Positions 28,839 through 40,840 of a stretch of DNA of 64,000 nt are shown here, piece by piece (position 1 is the stretch's first letter; every line of letters starts with the position of its first letter). A program made the translations under genes and the position numbers. Where the stretch lies: the NCBI GenBank assembly GCA_902761715.1, contig CACWLK010000004.1, forward strand, positions 17,122 through 81,121. Reading direction: 5' to 3'. The notes under the pieces are model-generated. The model was given only the letters and a program-made list of their open reading frames with translations, ran no database searches and was not told the DNA's origin. Origin of the DNA: an uncultured Rhodospirillales bacterium (GTDB lineage Bacteria > Pseudomonadota > Alphaproteobacteria > RF32 > CAG-239).

Positions 28839-30193
28839 TATCTTCTTTTGCCTTTCTTATTAACGAGAGCAGCTTTTTTCAGCAAACCTTCGTATTGATA
28901 AGCAATCAGATGAGTTTGAACCTGAGTAACAAAATCCATTGTAACTTGAACTACGATCAACAGAGTCGTACCGCCCAAAACGAACGGAACCGACAGTTTT
29001 GCAATCAGAACCTCAGGCAAAATACACAAAGCCGTCAGATAGAATGCACCCAAAACCGTCAATCTGGTAATAACATAGTCAAGATATTCTGCCGTATTTT
29101 TACCCGGACGAATACCGGCAATAAAACCACCGTGCTTTTTCAAATTATCGGCTGTATCCTCGGGGTTGAATACAACTGCGGTATAGAAGAATGCAAAGAA
29201 TATAATCAATGATGCATACAAAGCCAAATACAGCGGTTGACCATGACCGAGCAAACGGCTCAAAGTTTGAACCCACGCCGGTCCGTTGTTAGCTGAAAAG
29301 TTTGCAATTGTAATCGGCAACAGCAACAAAGAGCTTGCAAAAATCGGCGGGATAACACCGGTCGGGTTAATTTTTAACGGCAGATGAGAGCTCTCTGCAG
29401 AAGTCATTTTCATACCCATTTGGCGCTTCGGATACTGAATAACAATCTTTCTCTGAGCTCTTTCTACAAATACGATAATATAAACCAAAGCCAAAACCAT
29501 AACCATCAACATCAAAATCAACCAAATTGACATTGAGCCTACACGTCCCAACTCAAAAGTTTGAGCCAAAGCAGTCGGAATATTAGCAATAATACCGACG
29601 GTAATAATCAAAGACGAACCGTTTCCGACACCGCGCGATGTAATTTGATCGCCCAGCCATACAATAAACATTGTACCACCAACCAAAGAAACAACGGTTG
29701 TAAATCTGAATACAAAGCCCGGCATAACTACGGCTGACATGTTTGAACCACCGGTCATTCCTTCAAGACCTACAGCAATACCATAGCCTTGAATAATTGT
29801 AATAAACACGGTCAAAACCTTGGTATAATGTACCATCTTGCGGTGCCCGGCCTCACCCTCTTTTTTCAAAGCAGCCAAAGACGGAACAATTGACTGACCA
29901 AGTTGCAATATAATTGAAGCCGAAATATACGGCATAATGTTCAAAGCAAAAATTGTCATACGTGCCAACGCACCACCGGCAAACATGTTGAACATACCTA
30001 AAATGCCGTTTGAATTCTTATCAAAAATTTCTGCCAATATATGCGGATCAATACCCGGCAACGGAATAAAAGTTCCCAAACGGAAAACAATTAGGGCAAG
30101 AATTGTAAACCACAATCTTTTCTTTAATTCTTCGGCTTTACCAAAGGCCGACATATCAAGATTGGCAGCCATTTTTTCTGCAAGTGATACCAT
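28838..30193 (-). CDS. secY: Preprotein translocase subunit SecY
   Basis: Ten TM segments. The N-terminus MVSLAEKMAANLDMSAFGKAEELKKRLWFT is typical of alphaproteobacterial SecY. The start is placed at 30193 because AAGGAA lies upstream; the ORF track extends to 30268. Confidence 0.93.
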   Translation of the reverse strand: MVSLAEKMAANLDMSAFGKAEELKKRLWFTILALIVFRLGTFIPLPGIDPHILAEIFDKNSNGILGMFNMFAGGALARMTIFALNIMPYISASIILQLGQSIVPSLAALKKEGEAGHRKMVHYTKVLTVFITIIQGYGIAVGLEGMTGGSNMSAVVMPGFVFRFTTVVSLVGGTMFIVWLGDQITSRGVGNGSSLIITVGIIANIPTALAQTFELGRVGSMSIWLILMLMVMVLALVYIIVFVERAQRKIVIQYPKRQMGMKMTSAESSHLPLKINPTGVIPPIFASSLLLLPITIANFSANNGPAWVQTLSRLLGHGQPLYLALYASLIIFFAFFYTAVVFNPEDTADNLKKHGGFIAGIRPGKNTAEYLDYVITRLTVLGAFYLTALCILPEVLIAKLSVPFVLGGTTLLIVVQVTMDFVTQVQTHLIAYQYEGLLKKAALVNKKGKRR

Positions 30194-30398
30194 TTTTAAT
30201 TCCTTATCATTTAAAATACCTAATTTTGGGCACAAAAGTGCCCATTTGGAAAACAATGTAATACACAAAAATTAATTTTTTGCAACAAATTTCTCTTTAT
30301 CCTCAATTTTTATGGTTTTCTTTCTGATTTTTTCATCTTATTTGGATTTTTTTAACTACAACAAATTATAATATTCCTGTTTCAACCGGTATAAAGCT

Positions 30399-31121
30399 AT
30401 GAGCAGACTGACAAAAAGACAAATAATCATTATAACCTCTATTACACTTGCGACTGTTTTTCACTTTGTCAAACCTGCAATATATTCTGCAATATGGGGA
30501 AAATTCACACCACAAACGCAGTCCGAGTTGAGCGAAGATTTTTATGATCTAGACAATCAACCTTGGCAAAGAATTTCTATCGGCGGCTATGATATAGAAT
30601 ACCGCTTGCGCACCAAATATCATGTAAGAGGTCGCATAATCTGGGTAGATTGGAACGACGGTATAATCAGCACATGGTATCATTCAGCCGGCAAAAAGGG
30701 CGTAAAGTTGTACAACAGCGTTGCTGCGGTCGATGTCTCAATTGCTCATGGTGCTACTGCGGATCCAGACAACCTTAAAAAGATAAAATTTTCTCACCCC
30801 AAACGCGCCATCACTTATACCTTTTTGTACAAAGACAACCCGATTATTAATCACGACGAAATTAACAATAACCACATAATACCGGCCACTCCTGCGATCA
30901 GGAGAGCTATTGCGTTGCTAAAAAAAGGCGATATTGCCGAATTTGAAGGCTACCTGATGGATTGGAAAGGCACCGGAAAATTATCTTGGTTTGAAATTGA
31001 GACCGCTACCAAACGTGGCGACATTCACACCAAACAGTTATACGGTGGTATCCCCGGCGCCGGAATGTGCCGACAATTTTACGTTACCAAAATTACTTAT
31101 AAAAACCATGTTTTTGAATAA
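30399..31121 (+). CDS. Hypothetical membrane-anchored protein (240 aa) inserted between rplO and secY
   Basis: An N-terminal TM anchor (IIIITSITLATVFHFV) precedes a globular domain with no motif I recognise. A strong terminator follows. Confidence 0.6.
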   Translation: MSRLTKRQIIIITSITLATVFHFVKPAIYSAIWGKFTPQTQSELSEDFYDLDNQPWQRISIGGYDIEYRLRTKYHVRGRIIWVDWNDGIISTWYHSAGKKGVKLYNSVAAVDVSIAHGATADPDNLKKIKFSHPKRAITYTFLYKDNPIINHDEINNNHIIPATPAIRRAIALLKKGDIAEFEGYLMDWKGTGKLSWFEIETATKRGDIHTKQLYGGIPGAGMCRQFYVTKITYKNHVFE

Positions 31122-31151
31122 AAAAAGAGCGGTCTGAAAACCGCTCTTTTT
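31119..31151. terminator. Bidirectional rho-independent terminator (rplO and the 240-aa gene)
   Basis: Stem AGAGCGG/CCGCTCT (31126-31132 and 31141-31147), flanked by an A-run on the left and a T-run on the right. Confidence 0.8.
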
Positions 31152-31169
31152 AACATTTGCTAAAACAAC

Positions 31170-31634
31170 TTAGGCAACAATGTTTACTTTGCCGCCGGCC
31201 TTTTCAATTGCGGCAACTGCAGCTTTAGAAGCAGAATTAACTGAAACGTTAACTGCGCTTGTAACTGCACCGCGAGCCAACAGGCGAACACCGTCATAAG
31301 TTCTGTTAACGATACCGGCCTTGGTCAAAGCTTCCAAATCAACTTTGTCAGCCTTCAATTTACCGGCATCAATAGCGGTTTGCAAAGTATCCAAATTTAC
31401 AACAACAAACTGCTTAGCAAACGGGTTTTTAAAACCACGTTTCGGAAGTCTGCGGTAAATTGGCATTTGACCGCCTTCAAAACCATTGATAGCAACACCG
31501 CTGCGAGCTTTCTGACCTTTTTGACCATGGCTGGAAGTCTTGCCTTTGCCGCTTCCGATACCACGACCAACTCTGATGCGGTTTTTGGTTGCTCCATAGT
31601 TGTCTTTTAATTCATTAAGTTTCATTTTTTTCAC
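31170..31634 (-). CDS. rplO: 50S ribosomal protein L15
   Basis: [31 protein letters not shown]. The start may be Met-4 at 31625. Confidence 0.94.
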   Translation of the reverse strand: MKKMKLNELKDNYGATKNRIRVGRGIGSGKGKTSSHGQKGQKARSGVAINGFEGGQMPIYRRLPKRGFKNPFAKQFVVVNLDTLQTAIDAGKLKADKVDLEALTKAGIVNRTYDGVRLLARGAVTSAVNVSVNSASKAAVAAIEKAGGKVNIVA

Positions 31635-31685
31635 CTAACATTTTTGCGGGTCAGGTGGTCTCGGTTGAGACCACCGCCCTGACTA

Positions 31686-31868
31686 TTAATCTACGATTTG
31701 AACCAAATGAGGAATTTTGTTAACCATTCCTCTGATTGCCGCAGTATCTTCCAACTCAACAACCTTGTTCATTTTGTTCAAGCCGAGTCCGATAAGGATG
31801 GCTTTTTGCTTTGCCGGACGTCCGATTGGGCTGGCGATTTGCTTAACTTTTATAGTTTTCTTTGCCAT
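31686..31868 (-). CDS. rpmD: 50S ribosomal protein L30
   Basis: 60 aa. [14 protein letters not shown]...L.GLGL. Confidence 0.92.
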   Translation of the reverse strand: MAKKTIKVKQIASPIGRPAKQKAILIGLGLNKMNKVVELEDTAAIRGMVNKIPHLVQIVD

Positions 31869-31871
31869 TGA

Positions 31872-32432
31872 TTAAGCCTCCTCTTTTTCCAATTTTGCAC
31901 CGGCGCCTTCTCTGCGACTTACAATATCACCTACTTTTTTGCCGCGTTTTGCTGCTACCATTCTCGGAGAGTGGATAGACAACAAAGCATCAAAAGTAGC
32001 CTTAATCATATTGTAAGGGTTGTTAGAACCCAGCGATTTTGCAACCACGTCCTGTACACCCAAAACTTCAAAAATTGCACGCATCGGACCACCGGCAATA
32101 ACACCGGTACCGGCAGGAGCAGTTCTCAAAATTACTTTACCTGCGCCATAGCGACCATGTGCATCGTGGTGCAATGTTCTGCCTTCACGCAAAGGAATAC
32201 GAACGAGGTTTTTCTTAGCTTCATTGGTAGCTTTTGTAATAGCTTCCGGAACTTCCGCAGCTTTACCTGAACCGAAACCGACGCGACCTTTCTGATCTCC
32301 TACTACTACAACAGCAGCAAAAGACATTGTGCGTCCGCCTTTAACGGTCTTGGCTACACGGTTAATATGAACCAGTCTCTCGACCAATTCTTCTTTCTTT
32401 TCTGTTTTACGACGATCTACAGCTTGTGTCAT
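31872..32432 (-). CDS. rpsE: 30S ribosomal protein S5
   Basis: 186 aa. [12 protein letters not shown] and [15 protein letters not shown]. Confidence 0.95.
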   Translation of the reverse strand: MTQAVDRRKTEKKEELVERLVHINRVAKTVKGGRTMSFAAVVVVGDQKGRVGFGSGKAAEVPEAITKATNEAKKNLVRIPLREGRTLHHDAHGRYGAGKVILRTAPAGTGVIAGGPMRAIFEVLGVQDVVAKSLGSNNPYNMIKATFDALLSIHSPRMVAAKRGKKVGDIVSRREGAGAKLEKEEA

Positions 32433-32442
32433 ATTAACCTCC

Positions 32443-32805
32443 TTAGAATTTCAAACCAGCTTCACGAGCAGCGTCAGCCAAAGCCTTAACGCGACCATGA
32501 TAAATGTAACCGCCGCGGTCAAAAACCACTTCGCTTACACCGGCCTTCAATGCTCTTTCAGCAACAGTTTTACCAATAACACCGGCTGCGGCAACAGTAG
32601 AAGTCTTCTGAACATTTGCTCTTACTTCCTTATCCAAAGTAGAAGCTGAAGCTACGGTTGCGCCTTTAATGTCGTCAATGATTTGTGCGTAGATATGCTT
32701 ACCACTGCGGAAAACCGACAATCTCATTTTGCCGTTAGCAGAGTTTTTCAAAGCTGTTCTAACGCGTGCTTGTCTTTTCTTAAACAATTTTCTTGGCGTA
32801 TTCAT
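32443..32805 (-). CDS. rplR: 50S ribosomal protein L18
   Basis: 120 aa. [18 protein letters not shown] and [25 protein letters not shown]. Confidence 0.95.
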   Translation of the reverse strand: MNTPRKLFKKRQARVRTALKNSANGKMRLSVFRSGKHIYAQIIDDIKGATVASASTLDKEVRANVQKTSTVAAAGVIGKTVAERALKAGVSEVVFDRGGYIYHGRVKALADAAREAGLKF

Positions 32806-32816
32806 TAAATTATTCC

Positions 32817-33356
32817 TTACTTCTTCTTGCCTTCTTTACGACGAACGTATTCGTTGGTGTATCTTACACCTTTGCCTTTATAAGGCTCAGGTTTTCTGTA
32901 CTCACGAATTTTATCGGCGACTTGACCGACAAGCTGCTTATTTGCACCGAAAACAGTCAACTGTGTCGGTGAAACGCATGTAATTTTAATACCTTCGGGA
33001 GCTTCATAAATTACATCATGAGAAAATCCCAAAGACAATACCAATTTCTTAGAGCCTTCCATTCTGGCTTTATAACCTACGCCAATCAATTCCAACTGCT
33101 TGGTAAAGCCTTCGCTTACACCTTTAACAATTGAATTAATTTGAGCACGGGTTGTTCCCCACAAAGCTCTCGCTTGTTGTGATTGGCTCAACGGAGTAAC
33201 CACAACTTTGTTTTCTTCCAATTTGGTGCTGACGTGGCTGTCGTCAAAAGTAAAAGACAACTCTCCGTTTTTACCTTTTACAATAACCTTGTTGTTTTCA
33301 ATTTTAACTTCAACACCGGCAGGGATAACAACTGGATATTTTCCAACTCTAGACAT
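32817..33356 (-). CDS. rplF: 50S ribosomal protein L6
   Basis: 179 aa. [15 protein letters not shown] and [10 protein letters not shown]. Confidence 0.95.
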   Translation of the reverse strand: MSRVGKYPVVIPAGVEVKIENNKVIVKGKNGELSFTFDDSHVSTKLEENKVVVTPLSQSQQARALWGTTRAQINSIVKGVSEGFTKQLELIGVGYKARMEGSKKLVLSLGFSHDVIYEAPEGIKITCVSPTQLTVFGANKQLVGQVADKIREYRKPEPYKGKGVRYTNEYVRRKEGKKK

Positions 33357-33368
33357 ACCAATTCTCCC

Positions 33369-33767
33369 TTAAAATACCTGACAAAGAATTTCACCGCCGA
33401 CATTAGCCTTGCGAGCATCACTGTCGCTCATAACTCCTTGCGGAGTAGAGATGATTGAAATTCCCAAACCGTTATAAACTCTCGGAAGATCTTTAACGCT
33501 TGAATATACGCGACGACCCGGAGTAGATACACGGTAAATTTCTTTAATCACTGAAGCACCTTCAAAATACTTCAATTGAATGCGAAGTTCATCAATACCG
33601 GCTTTAACATTATATCTTTCATAGCCCAAGATATAGCCTTCTTTTTTCAAAACTTCTAATACGCTTTCACGCAAGCGAGAAGCAGGAGAGATAACTTCCT
33701 TTTTCTTCGCGCTTTGTGCGTTTCTAATGCGTGTGAGCATATCGCCCAAAGGATCAGACATAGACAT
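33369..33767 (-). CDS. rpsH: 30S ribosomal protein S8
   Basis: 132 aa. [13 protein letters not shown] and GGEILCQVF. Confidence 0.95.
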   Translation of the reverse strand: MSMSDPLGDMLTRIRNAQSAKKKEVISPASRLRESVLEVLKKEGYILGYERYNVKAGIDELRIQLKYFEGASVIKEIYRVSTPGRRVYSSVKDLPRVYNGLGISIISTPQGVMSDSDARKANVGGEILCQVF

Positions 33768-33784
33768 ATCTAACTAACCTCCTA

Positions 33785-34090
33785 CTACCAGCTTGATTTA
33801 ACCAAACCGGGGATTTCGCCAAAGCTTGCCATTCTTCTCAATTCATTACGGCAAAGCTTAAATTTGCGATATACCCCGCGTGAACGACCGGTATTCTCAC
33901 AACGGTTCTTAATGCGAACACGAGAAGAACTACGCGGCAATTCTGCTAATTTTAATACTTTCTTGAAGCGTTCTTCAGGAGAAGTATTTTTATCTTTAAT
34001 CTCCGCGACCAATTTGTTGCGACGAGCAGCAAATTTTTGGGCCTTGGCGACTCTTTTTAAGTTTCTGTAAACTGAACTTGTTTTTGCCAT
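33785..34090 (-). CDS. rpsN: 30S ribosomal protein S14 (long, non-zinc type)
   Basis: 101 aa. It ends [23 protein letters not shown]. Confidence 0.95.
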   Translation of the reverse strand: MAKTSSVYRNLKRVAKAQKFAARRNKLVAEIKDKNTSPEERFKKVLKLAELPRSSSRVRIKNRCENTGRSRGVYRKFKLCRNELRRMASFGEIPGLVKSSW

Positions 34091-34103
34091 ATTTTATCTC
34101 CGC

Positions 34104-34643
34104 TTAGTTCTTAATCGGTAAGTTAAAACTGGTCAGAAGCTCTTTTGCTTCTTCATTAGTCTTGGCTGTTGTGCAGATAACGATATCCATACCACGAACG
34201 GCATCAACTTTCTCATAGTTGATTTCCGGAAAGATAATCTGCTCTTTAATGCCGAAAGCAAAGTTGCCACGACCATCAAAGTTCTTTCCTTGAATACCGT
34301 GGAAATCTCTGATTCGAGGAAGAGCCATATTTACCAATCTCTCCAAGAATTCATACATCTTGTCACGTCTCAAAGTAACTTTGCAGCCCAAAGGCATGCC
34401 TTCTCTTACTTTGAATGTAGCAATAGACTTACGGGCATGAGTAATGATAGCCTTTTGTCCGGCGATCTGTCCCATTTCATCTGCAGCATTGTTCAATTTC
34501 TTTTTGTCTGTAACAGCGTCACTAACGCCCATGTTCAAGACAATTTTGGTCAGCTTCGGAACTTCATGTGGATTCTTGTAACCGAATTTTTCCACAAGAG
34601 CTTTCTTAATGACCTCATTATACAATTTTTCAAAATTTGTCAT
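34104..34643 (-). CDS. rplE: 50S ribosomal protein L5
   Basis: 179 aa. [12 protein letters not shown] and [20 protein letters not shown]. Confidence 0.95.
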   Translation of the reverse strand: MTNFEKLYNEVIKKALVEKFGYKNPHEVPKLTKIVLNMGVSDAVTDKKKLNNAADEMGQIAGQKAIITHARKSIATFKVREGMPLGCKVTLRRDKMYEFLERLVNMALPRIRDFHGIQGKNFDGRGNFAFGIKEQIIFPEINYEKVDAVRGMDIVICTTAKTNEEAKELLTSFNLPIKN

Positions 34644-34656
34644 CTTTCAAAATCCC

Positions 34657-34977
34657 TTATTTATCGATTACTTCACCGGATTTGCGAGCAAAACGAACTT
34701 TGCGTCCGCTAACTTCCTTATATCCAACTTTGGTTCCTTTGCCGCTCTTAGAATCAACCAAGGCAACATTAGAAACATGAATCGGTGCTTCTTTAGTAAT
34801 GATACCGCCGGCCGAAGCTTGGCTCGGTTTAGTATGACGTTTTACAAGGTTAATACCTTGAACGACAACTTTGCCTTCTTTCGGCATAGCTCTTACTACT
34901 TCACCGGTTTTGCCTTTGTCATCACCTGACAAAACAATAACCTGATCACCTTTTTTAATTTTCAATTTAAGGTTCAT
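34657..34977 (-). CDS. rplX: 50S ribosomal protein L24
   Basis: 106 aa with the KOW motif KKGDQVIVLSGDDKGKTGEV. Confidence 0.94.
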   Translation of the reverse strand: MNLKLKIKKGDQVIVLSGDDKGKTGEVVRAMPKEGKVVVQGINLVKRHTKPSQASAGGIITKEAPIHVSNVALVDSKSGKGTKVGYKEVSGRKVRFARKSGEVIDK

Positions 34978-35345
34978 TATAATACCTCCGGTGCTAATGA
35001 AATTATCTTCATAAATTTCTTTGCACGCAATTCTCTGGTAACAGGGCCAAAAATACGAGTACCGATTGGTTCTCCATCCTTGTTAATCAGAACGGCGGCA
35101 TTAGAATCAAAGCGGATTACAGAACCGTCTTTGCGTCTGATGTCGCTTGCGGTGCGGACGATAACTGCTTTATGGACGTCACCTTTCTTAACACGTCCTT
35201 TCGGCAATGCATCTTTAATCGATACTACGATTACGTCACCGACGGTTGCATGCATTCTCTTAGAACCGCCCAGAACCTTTATGCACTGCACCTGACGTGC
35301 TCCTGAGTTATCTGCAACATCCAGGTTGGTTTGCATTTGTATCAT
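34977..35345 (-). CDS. rplN: 50S ribosomal protein L14
   Basis: 122 aa. [17 protein letters not shown]. Confidence 0.96.
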   Translation of the reverse strand: MIQMQTNLDVADNSGARQVQCIKVLGGSKRMHATVGDVIVVSIKDALPKGRVKKGDVHKAVIVRTASDIRRKDGSVIRFDSNAAVLINKDGEPIGTRIFGPVTRELRAKKFMKIISLAPEVL

Positions 35346-35360
35346 TTTCTTATTCCTTCT

Positions 35361-35600
35361 CTATTCGGCGTTATCAACTAACACTGTCCAAGCCTTGGTT
35401 TTAGAATATGGTTTAGATTCAATAATCTTAACTTCATCACCAATCTTGAACTGGTTGTTTTCATCATGAGCAGCATATTTTTTGCTCTTCTTAATGAATT
35501 TACGATAAACAGGGTGCATAACCTGACGTTCAACTTTAACGACAACGGTTTTGTCCTGCTTATCACTAACTACAACACCTTGAAGAATTCTTTTAGGCAT
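35361..35600 (-). CDS. rpsQ: 30S ribosomal protein S17
   Basis: 79 aa. [19 protein letters not shown]...HP.Y.K. Confidence 0.94.
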   Translation of the reverse strand: MPKRILQGVVVSDKQDKTVVVKVERQVMHPVYRKFIKKSKKYAAHDENNQFKIGDEVKIIESKPYSKTKAWTVLVDNAE

Positions 35601-35611
35601 ATCTTTTTCTC

Positions 35612-35809
35612 CTAACTATTCTTCTTACGCTCGGCTAAAAGCGTATTGATTTTTGCAATATCGCGACGGACTTTGCGCATACCAGCGGTATTTTGCAACT
35701 GTCCGGTTGAGTGCTGAACTCTCAAGTTAAACTGCTCTTTCTTAGCTTCAAGCAATTTAGCTTCCAATTCATCAACACTCAAAGAGCGAAGTTCTTTAAT
35801 TTTTGCCAT
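35612..35809 (-). CDS. rpmC: 50S ribosomal protein L29
   Basis: 65 aa. [25 protein letters not shown]. Confidence 0.92.
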   Translation of the reverse strand: MAKIKELRSLSVDELEAKLLEAKKEQFNLRVQHSTGQLQNTAGMRKVRRDIAKINTLLAERKKNS

Positions 35810-35810
35810 C

Positions 35811-36239
35811 TTATGCTACTCCTTGGTCAGAATTGAGGCGTTTTACAAACTTTGTCTTAATCGGGAGTTTGGCAGCGCCCAACGCAAAAGCGGAACGAGC
35901 CAATTCTTCAGGAATTCCATCGATTTCAAACATAATTCTGCCTGGTTTCACTCTGGCGCACCAATACTCGATTGAGCCTTTACCTTTACCCATACGAACT
36001 TCGGCTGGCTTATCAGATACTGGTACATCTGGGAAAATTCGAATCCATACTCTTCCGGCTCTTTTCATTTCACGTGTAATCGCACGACGAGCTGCCTCAA
36101 TTTGACGAGCTGTAATACGATCAGGTGTCAAAGCCTTCAATCCATATGTTCCGAAACTTAATTCCGAGCCGCCCTTAGCCAAGCCGTGAATACGACCCTT
36201 GTGCTGCTTGCGGAATTTTAATCTTTTTGGACTTAACAT
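35811..36239 (-). CDS. rplP: 50S ribosomal protein L16
   Basis: 142 aa. [16 protein letters not shown]. Confidence 0.96.
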   Translation of the reverse strand: MLSPKRLKFRKQHKGRIHGLAKGGSELSFGTYGLKALTPDRITARQIEAARRAITREMKRAGRVWIRIFPDVPVSDKPAEVRMGKGKGSIEYWCARVKPGRIMFEIDGIPEELARSAFALGAAKLPIKTKFVKRLNSDQGVA

Positions 36240-36258
36240 TTTCTTATAACCTCAAAGT

Positions 36259-36927
36259 TTACTTATTGTCAGCCAACTTTTTGTCTTGAGCCATCGGATC
36301 ATGAGCCATAATCTCGCCCTTATAAATCCAAACTTTAACGCCACAAGCACCATAAGTTGTATGAGCTGTTGAAGTTGCATAGTCAATGTCAGCACGCAGT
36401 GTGTGCAAAGGAACACGACCTTCACGGTATTGTTCTGTTCTTGCAATTTCAGCGCCGCCTAAACGACCACTGCAGCTAACCTTAATACCTTCAGCGCCAA
36501 GACGCAAAGCTGATTGCATAACGCGCTTCATTGCACGGCGGAAAGCAATACGTCTTTCCAACTGTTGAGCAACGCTGTCAGCAACAAGCTGAGCATCCAA
36601 CTCAGGTTTTCTTACTTCCAAAATGTTCAATTGAACTTCCGAAGATGTCAAAGCCTGAATTTCTTTTCTCAAAGCTTCAATATCTTGACCCTTCTTACCA
36701 ATAACAATACCAGGTCTTGCCGAATGAATGGTAACTCTGGCTTTCTTGGCAGGACGTTCAATCACAATCTTGCTGATACCGGCTTGAGCCAGTTTCTCTT
36801 TCAAGAATTCTTTAATTTTAACATCTTCGTGCAGATATTCGGCATAGTTATCATCCGCATACCAACGAGAGTCCCAAGTACGGTTAACTCCTAAACGAAG
36901 ACTTGTAGGATTTGCTTTCTGTCCCAT
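36259..36927 (-). CDS. rpsC: 30S ribosomal protein S3
   Basis: [13 protein letters not shown] plus a KH domain. The ATG at 36927 has GGGGAG 7 nt upstream; the ORF track starts at a GTG at 36942. Confidence 0.95.
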   Translation of the reverse strand: MGQKANPTSLRLGVNRTWDSRWYADDNYAEYLHEDVKIKEFLKEKLAQAGISKIVIERPAKKARVTIHSARPGIVIGKKGQDIEALRKEIQALTSSEVQLNILEVRKPELDAQLVADSVAQQLERRIAFRRAMKRVMQSALRLGAEGIKVSCSGRLGGAEIARTEQYREGRVPLHTLRADIDYATSTAHTTYGACGVKVWIYKGEIMAHDPMAQDKKLADNK

Positions 36928-36931
36928 AAAC

Positions 36932-37306
36932 TTACTCCCCACGCTCGGTTACAACGATAGTAATGTTGGAGAACGGTTTCAAAACTCGAGCTCCTCTTCC
37001 GCGACCGCGTGCGTGCATGCGTTTCATTACCAAACCTTTTCCGCAATAAGCTTCACTAACATAAAGCTTATCGATGTTTAACTGATGATTGTTTTCAGCA
37101 TTTGCAATCGCAGACTGCAAAACTTTCAAAACCGACTTTGCAATTCTCTTCTTTGAGAAAGTGAGTTCTGCAACAGCCTTTTCAACGCTTAAACCGCGAA
37201 TAGTTTGAGCAACTAGGTTAAGTTTTTGCGGGCTAGTACGCAATGCGTTGCAAACGGCCTGAGCCTGATTTGCAGCGAGACTTCTAGTATTCTTAGACTT
37301 TCCCAT
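36932..37306 (-). CDS. rplV: 50S ribosomal protein L22
   Basis: 124 aa. [17 protein letters not shown]. Confidence 0.94.
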   Translation of the reverse strand: MGKSKNTRSLAANQAQAVCNALRTSPQKLNLVAQTIRGLSVEKAVAELTFSKKRIAKSVLKVLQSAIANAENNHQLNIDKLYVSEAYCGKGLVMKRMHARGRGRGARVLKPFSNITIVVTERGE

Positions 37307-37308
37307 TA

Positions 37309-37587
37309 CTAACTCCTATTTGCTTTTTTATCAGCGGCGTGGCCGTAGAATGTACGAGTAGGAGCAAATTCACCGAACTTGTGGCCTACCATATCTTCCG
37401 TAACCAAAACCGGGATAAACTTATGACCATTGTGAACACCAAATGTCAAACCGACAAATTGCGGCAACATTGTGGATCTGCGAGACCAAATTTTAATAAC
37501 TTCATTACGAGATGAAGTTCTGGCCGCATCAGCTTTCTTCAGAAGATATCCATCAACGAACGGTCCTTTCCATACTGAACGTGTCAT
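37309..37587 (-). CDS. rpsS: 30S ribosomal protein S19
   Basis: 92 aa. [10 protein letters not shown] and [15 protein letters not shown]. Confidence 0.96.
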   Translation of the reverse strand: MTRSVWKGPFVDGYLLKKADAARTSSRNEVIKIWSRRSTMLPQFVGLTFGVHNGHKFIPVLVTEDMVGHKFGEFAPTRTFYGHAADKKANRS

Positions 37588-37601
37588 TAGCTTATCTCCC
37601 T

Positions 37602-38435
37602 TTATTTCTTATTATCATGACGCGAACGCATAATAAAGCGATCGGTCTTCTTGTTAGAACGAGTTTTTCCACCCTTGGTAGGTTTACCCCACGGAGTAGT
37701 CGGGTTACGACCGCCTGATGTGCGACCTTCACCACCACCCATCGGGTGATCAACCGGGTTCATGGCAACGCCACGAGATACCGGACGCATACCCAACCAA
37801 CGAGCACGACCGGCTTTACCCAAGGATTTATTTTGATTGTCCGGATTAGAAACAGCACCGACAGTAGCCAAGCACTCTTCACGAACAATTCTCAATTCTC
37901 CGGAGCTCAGTTTCAATTGAGCATAACCAGCATCTTTACCAACAACTTGAGCATAGCAACCGGCAGAACGAACCAACTGTCCACCCTTGCCTGAGCGTAA
38001 TTCAACGTTGTGAATAATTGTACCAACCGGCATACTCTTCAAAGGCATAGCATTACCCGGTTTGATATCAGCCTTTTGAGCTGAAACCACCTTGTCGCCA
38101 GCCTTCAATCTTTGCGGAGCCAGAATATAAGCCTTTTCGCCGTCTTCATAGCAAATCAATGCAATGAAAGAAGAACGATTCGGATCATATTCGATTCTCT
38201 CAACTGTAGCTTCCATATCAAACTTATTACGCTTAAAGTCGATAATTCTGAGCTTGCGTTTATGTCCGCCGCCCTTTCTCCGACTTGTAACATGTCCGAA
38301 ATTATCACGCCCACCGGTCTTAGTAAGACCAATTGTCAAAGACTTCTCAGGAGCTCCTTTATAAAGCTCGCTTCTGTCAACAATAACCAATTGACGAAGT
38401 CCAGGAGATGAGGGCTTAAATGTTTTTAATACCAT
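37602..38435 (-). CDS. rplB: 50S ribosomal protein L2
   Basis: 277 aa. [19 protein letters not shown] and [13 protein letters not shown]. Confidence 0.97.
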   Translation of the reverse strand: MVLKTFKPSSPGLRQLVIVDRSELYKGAPEKSLTIGLTKTGGRDNFGHVTSRRKGGGHKRKLRIIDFKRNKFDMEATVERIEYDPNRSSFIALICYEDGEKAYILAPQRLKAGDKVVSAQKADIKPGNAMPLKSMPVGTIIHNVELRSGKGGQLVRSAGCYAQVVGKDAGYAQLKLSSGELRIVREECLATVGAVSNPDNQNKSLGKAGRARWLGMRPVSRGVAMNPVDHPMGGGEGRTSGGRNPTTPWGKPTKGGKTRSNKKTDRFIMRSRHDNKK

Positions 38436-38438
38436 CTT

Positions 38439-38756
38439 TTAAATTCCTGTTGTAACATCAATATTTTGACCTTCGGCAAGAGTAACCAAAGCTTTTTTAT
38501 AGTCAGAACGTTGTCCGACATAGCCTCTGAATCTTTTAACCTTGCCAAACTGACGAATAGTATTCACTTTAACGACCTTTACGCTAAAAATAGCTTCTAC
38601 GGCAGCCTTAATGGCTTCTTTGCTGGCTTCTGCCGGAACTTTGAAAACAATTTTTCCGTTCTCAGATGCAAGCATAGACTTCTCAGTGATTACCGGACGA
38701 ACCAATGTGTCGTACATCGACGCAACTACATTGTTGGCTTTTACACTCTTTTTCAT
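38439..38756 (-). CDS. rplW: 50S ribosomal protein L23
   Basis: 105 aa. [13 protein letters not shown]. Confidence 0.93.
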   Translation of the reverse strand: MKKSVKANNVVASMYDTLVRPVITEKSMLASENGKIVFKVPAEASKEAIKAAVEAIFSVKVVKVNTIRQFGKVKRFRGYVGQRSDYKKALVTLAEGQNIDVTTGI

Positions 38757-39382
38757 TTCAGTCTTTCCTCCAAGCAGTTAACGGCGTCTTTGGTCAACAC
38801 CAGTTTGTCTCTTCTTAAGATGTCATATACGTTGGCACCCATTGTCGGCAAAACATCTACACCGGCAATATTGCGTGATGCCAAAGCAAAATTGATATCT
38901 ACTTCGTTACCGGCGATAAACAAACAATTGTTCCATCCCAAATTGTTCAATTTGCTTTGCAAATCTTTTGTTTTTGGAGAAGCCAATTTTGCTTCGTCGA
39001 TAACTGCCAAGTTGCCTTCCTTAACTTTTGAAGAAAGAGCAATCTTCAGACCTAATTGTCTGAATTTCTTGGTCAACTCATGTGATTGATCACGAACAAC
39101 CGGACCAAACACGATTCCACCCTTTCTGAACTGAGTACCCTTGCGGCTACCTTGACGAGCATTACCTGAACCTTTTTGTTTAAAAGGTTTAGAAGGTGTC
39201 AAAGCAACTTCCGAACGGCCCTTAGTTTTGTGGGTGCCGGCTTGCATTCTGGCCAATTGCCATCTTACAACCCTTTGTAAAACATCGGCTCTGACTTCCA
39301 AACCGAAAATCGATTCGTTAAGTTCGATTGAACCAACATTTTTATTATCTAAACTTAAGATGTCCTGTTTCATAACTTTCAT
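38753..39382 (-). CDS. rplD: 50S ribosomal protein L4
   Basis: 209 aa. [20 protein letters not shown] and [15 protein letters not shown]. Met-4 (39373) is a possible start. Confidence 0.94.
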   Translation of the reverse strand: MKVMKQDILSLDNKNVGSIELNESIFGLEVRADVLQRVVRWQLARMQAGTHKTKGRSEVALTPSKPFKQKGSGNARQGSRKGTQFRKGGIVFGPVVRDQSHELTKKFRQLGLKIALSSKVKEGNLAVIDEAKLASPKTKDLQSKLNNLGWNNCLFIAGNEVDINFALASRNIAGVDVLPTMGANVYDILRRDKLVLTKDAVNCLEERLK

Positions 39383-39390
39383 CCTTTATC

Positions 39391-40110
39391 TTATGCATTA
39401 TCAGCTGTTTCAGCTTTAACTGCGACAGGTGCATCAACTTTTTTCAAACCTGCAGGCAAAGGAAGCTCTACATTAGCTGTTTTCTTAACGGCATCGGTAA
39501 TACGAACCCAAGCGTTTTCACCACCGGGCACACCACCTTTGACCATAATCAAACCTTTGTCAGCATCAATAGCCACAACTTTCAGGTTTTGAACGGTTAC
39601 ACGTTCAGCGCCCATGTGGCCGGCCATCTTTTTGCCCTTGAATACTTTACCCGGGTCCTGTCTTTGACCTGTAGAACCATGAGAACGGTGAGAAATAGAA
39701 ACACCGTGGCTGGCTTCCAAACCGGCAAAGTTGTGACGCTTCATAACGCCAGCAAAACCTTTACCAATTGAGGTAGCACAAACATCAACATATTGTCCGC
39801 AGACAAAATGTTCTACAGATAATTCAGAACCGACAGAAAGCAGGCAGTCTTCAGAAACTCTGAACTCACCCAATTTCTTTTTAGGCTCAACATTAGCCTT
39901 TGCGAAATGTCCTTTCAAAGCTTTTGAAACATTCTTGGCTTTAACAGCACCGGTACCGAGCTGAACAGCTGTATAGCCGTCCTTTTCTTGTGTTTTAACG
40001 GCAACAACCTGAAGATTGTCAACGCTCAAAACTGTAACCGGTACATGAGTTCCGTTTGCTTCAAAAATGCGGGACATTCCCAATTTTTTTGCGATCAAAC
40101 CAGTACGCAT
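39391..40110 (-). CDS. rplC: 50S ribosomal protein L3
   Basis: 239 aa. [16 protein letters not shown] and [14 protein letters not shown]. Confidence 0.96.
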   Translation of the reverse strand: MRTGLIAKKLGMSRIFEANGTHVPVTVLSVDNLQVVAVKTQEKDGYTAVQLGTGAVKAKNVSKALKGHFAKANVEPKKKLGEFRVSEDCLLSVGSELSVEHFVCGQYVDVCATSIGKGFAGVMKRHNFAGLEASHGVSISHRSHGSTGQRQDPGKVFKGKKMAGHMGAERVTVQNLKVVAIDADKGLIMVKGGVPGGENAWVRITDAVKKTANVELPLPAGLKKVDAPVAVKAETADNA

Positions 40111-40201
40111 TTTTTATTTTTCCTTTTCAATAGGTTGACTAACTTTATTTCACGAAAGCCAACATTGCTTTTAATTACGGGTAATTATTTATAACAAACA
40201 A

Positions 40202-40513
40202 TTACAGTTTAATTTCGACATTAACGCCGGCAGCCAAATCGAGCTTCATCAAAGCATCAACTGTTTGCGGTGTCGGGTCAACAATATCGAGAAGTCTCTT
40301 ATGAGTTCTGATTTCGAACTGTTCACGAGATTTCTTATCTACGTGCGGAGAACGGTTAACCGTAAATTTCTCGATTCGTGTCGGAAGAGGTATCGGACCT
40401 CTTACATTTGCCCCTGTTCTTTTGGCAGTATGAACGATCTCTGTTGTAGATAAATCGAGCAAACGGTGGTCAAAAGCCTTGAGGCGAATTCTTATATTTT
40501 GTGTATCCATCAT
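40202..40513 (-). CDS. rpsJ: 30S ribosomal protein S10
   Basis: 103 aa. [14 protein letters not shown] and [36 protein letters not shown]. Confidence 0.97.
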   Translation of the reverse strand: MMDTQNIRIRLKAFDHRLLDLSTTEIVHTAKRTGANVRGPIPLPTRIEKFTVNRSPHVDKKSREQFEIRTHKRLLDIVDPTPQTVDALMKLDLAAGVNVEIKL

Positions 40514-40808
40514 TTTAAATACTTTTCCTATAACTAGACGGCACGATTCGCACGCAGCGAACTGGCCGACTAAACAATTAACCTATGCAAAATACCTTTA
40601 AAATTCAAGGACTTGCGGGATATTTTTTATTACAACCGAATAGACAGATTCATCCCGTCAATCCGGTTAATGTGTGCGCTTTGTAACATATTAGATATTA
40701 TAATGCAAGCAAAAAAATGAAATTTTTTCTATTTTTTACAAAACCGGAATCGCTTGCTCTGACTCTCGTTGAGTCAAATTTCCGATTCTCTCCAAGAGGC
40801 ATTTGGAC

Positions 40809-40840
40809 AAAAAAATCGACCACCTTAAAACAAGGTGGCC
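40809..40840 (-). terminator. Rho-independent terminator after rplS
   Basis: The minus strand reads CCACCTT-GTTTT-AAGGTGG followed by TCGATTTTTTT. Confidence 0.75.
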
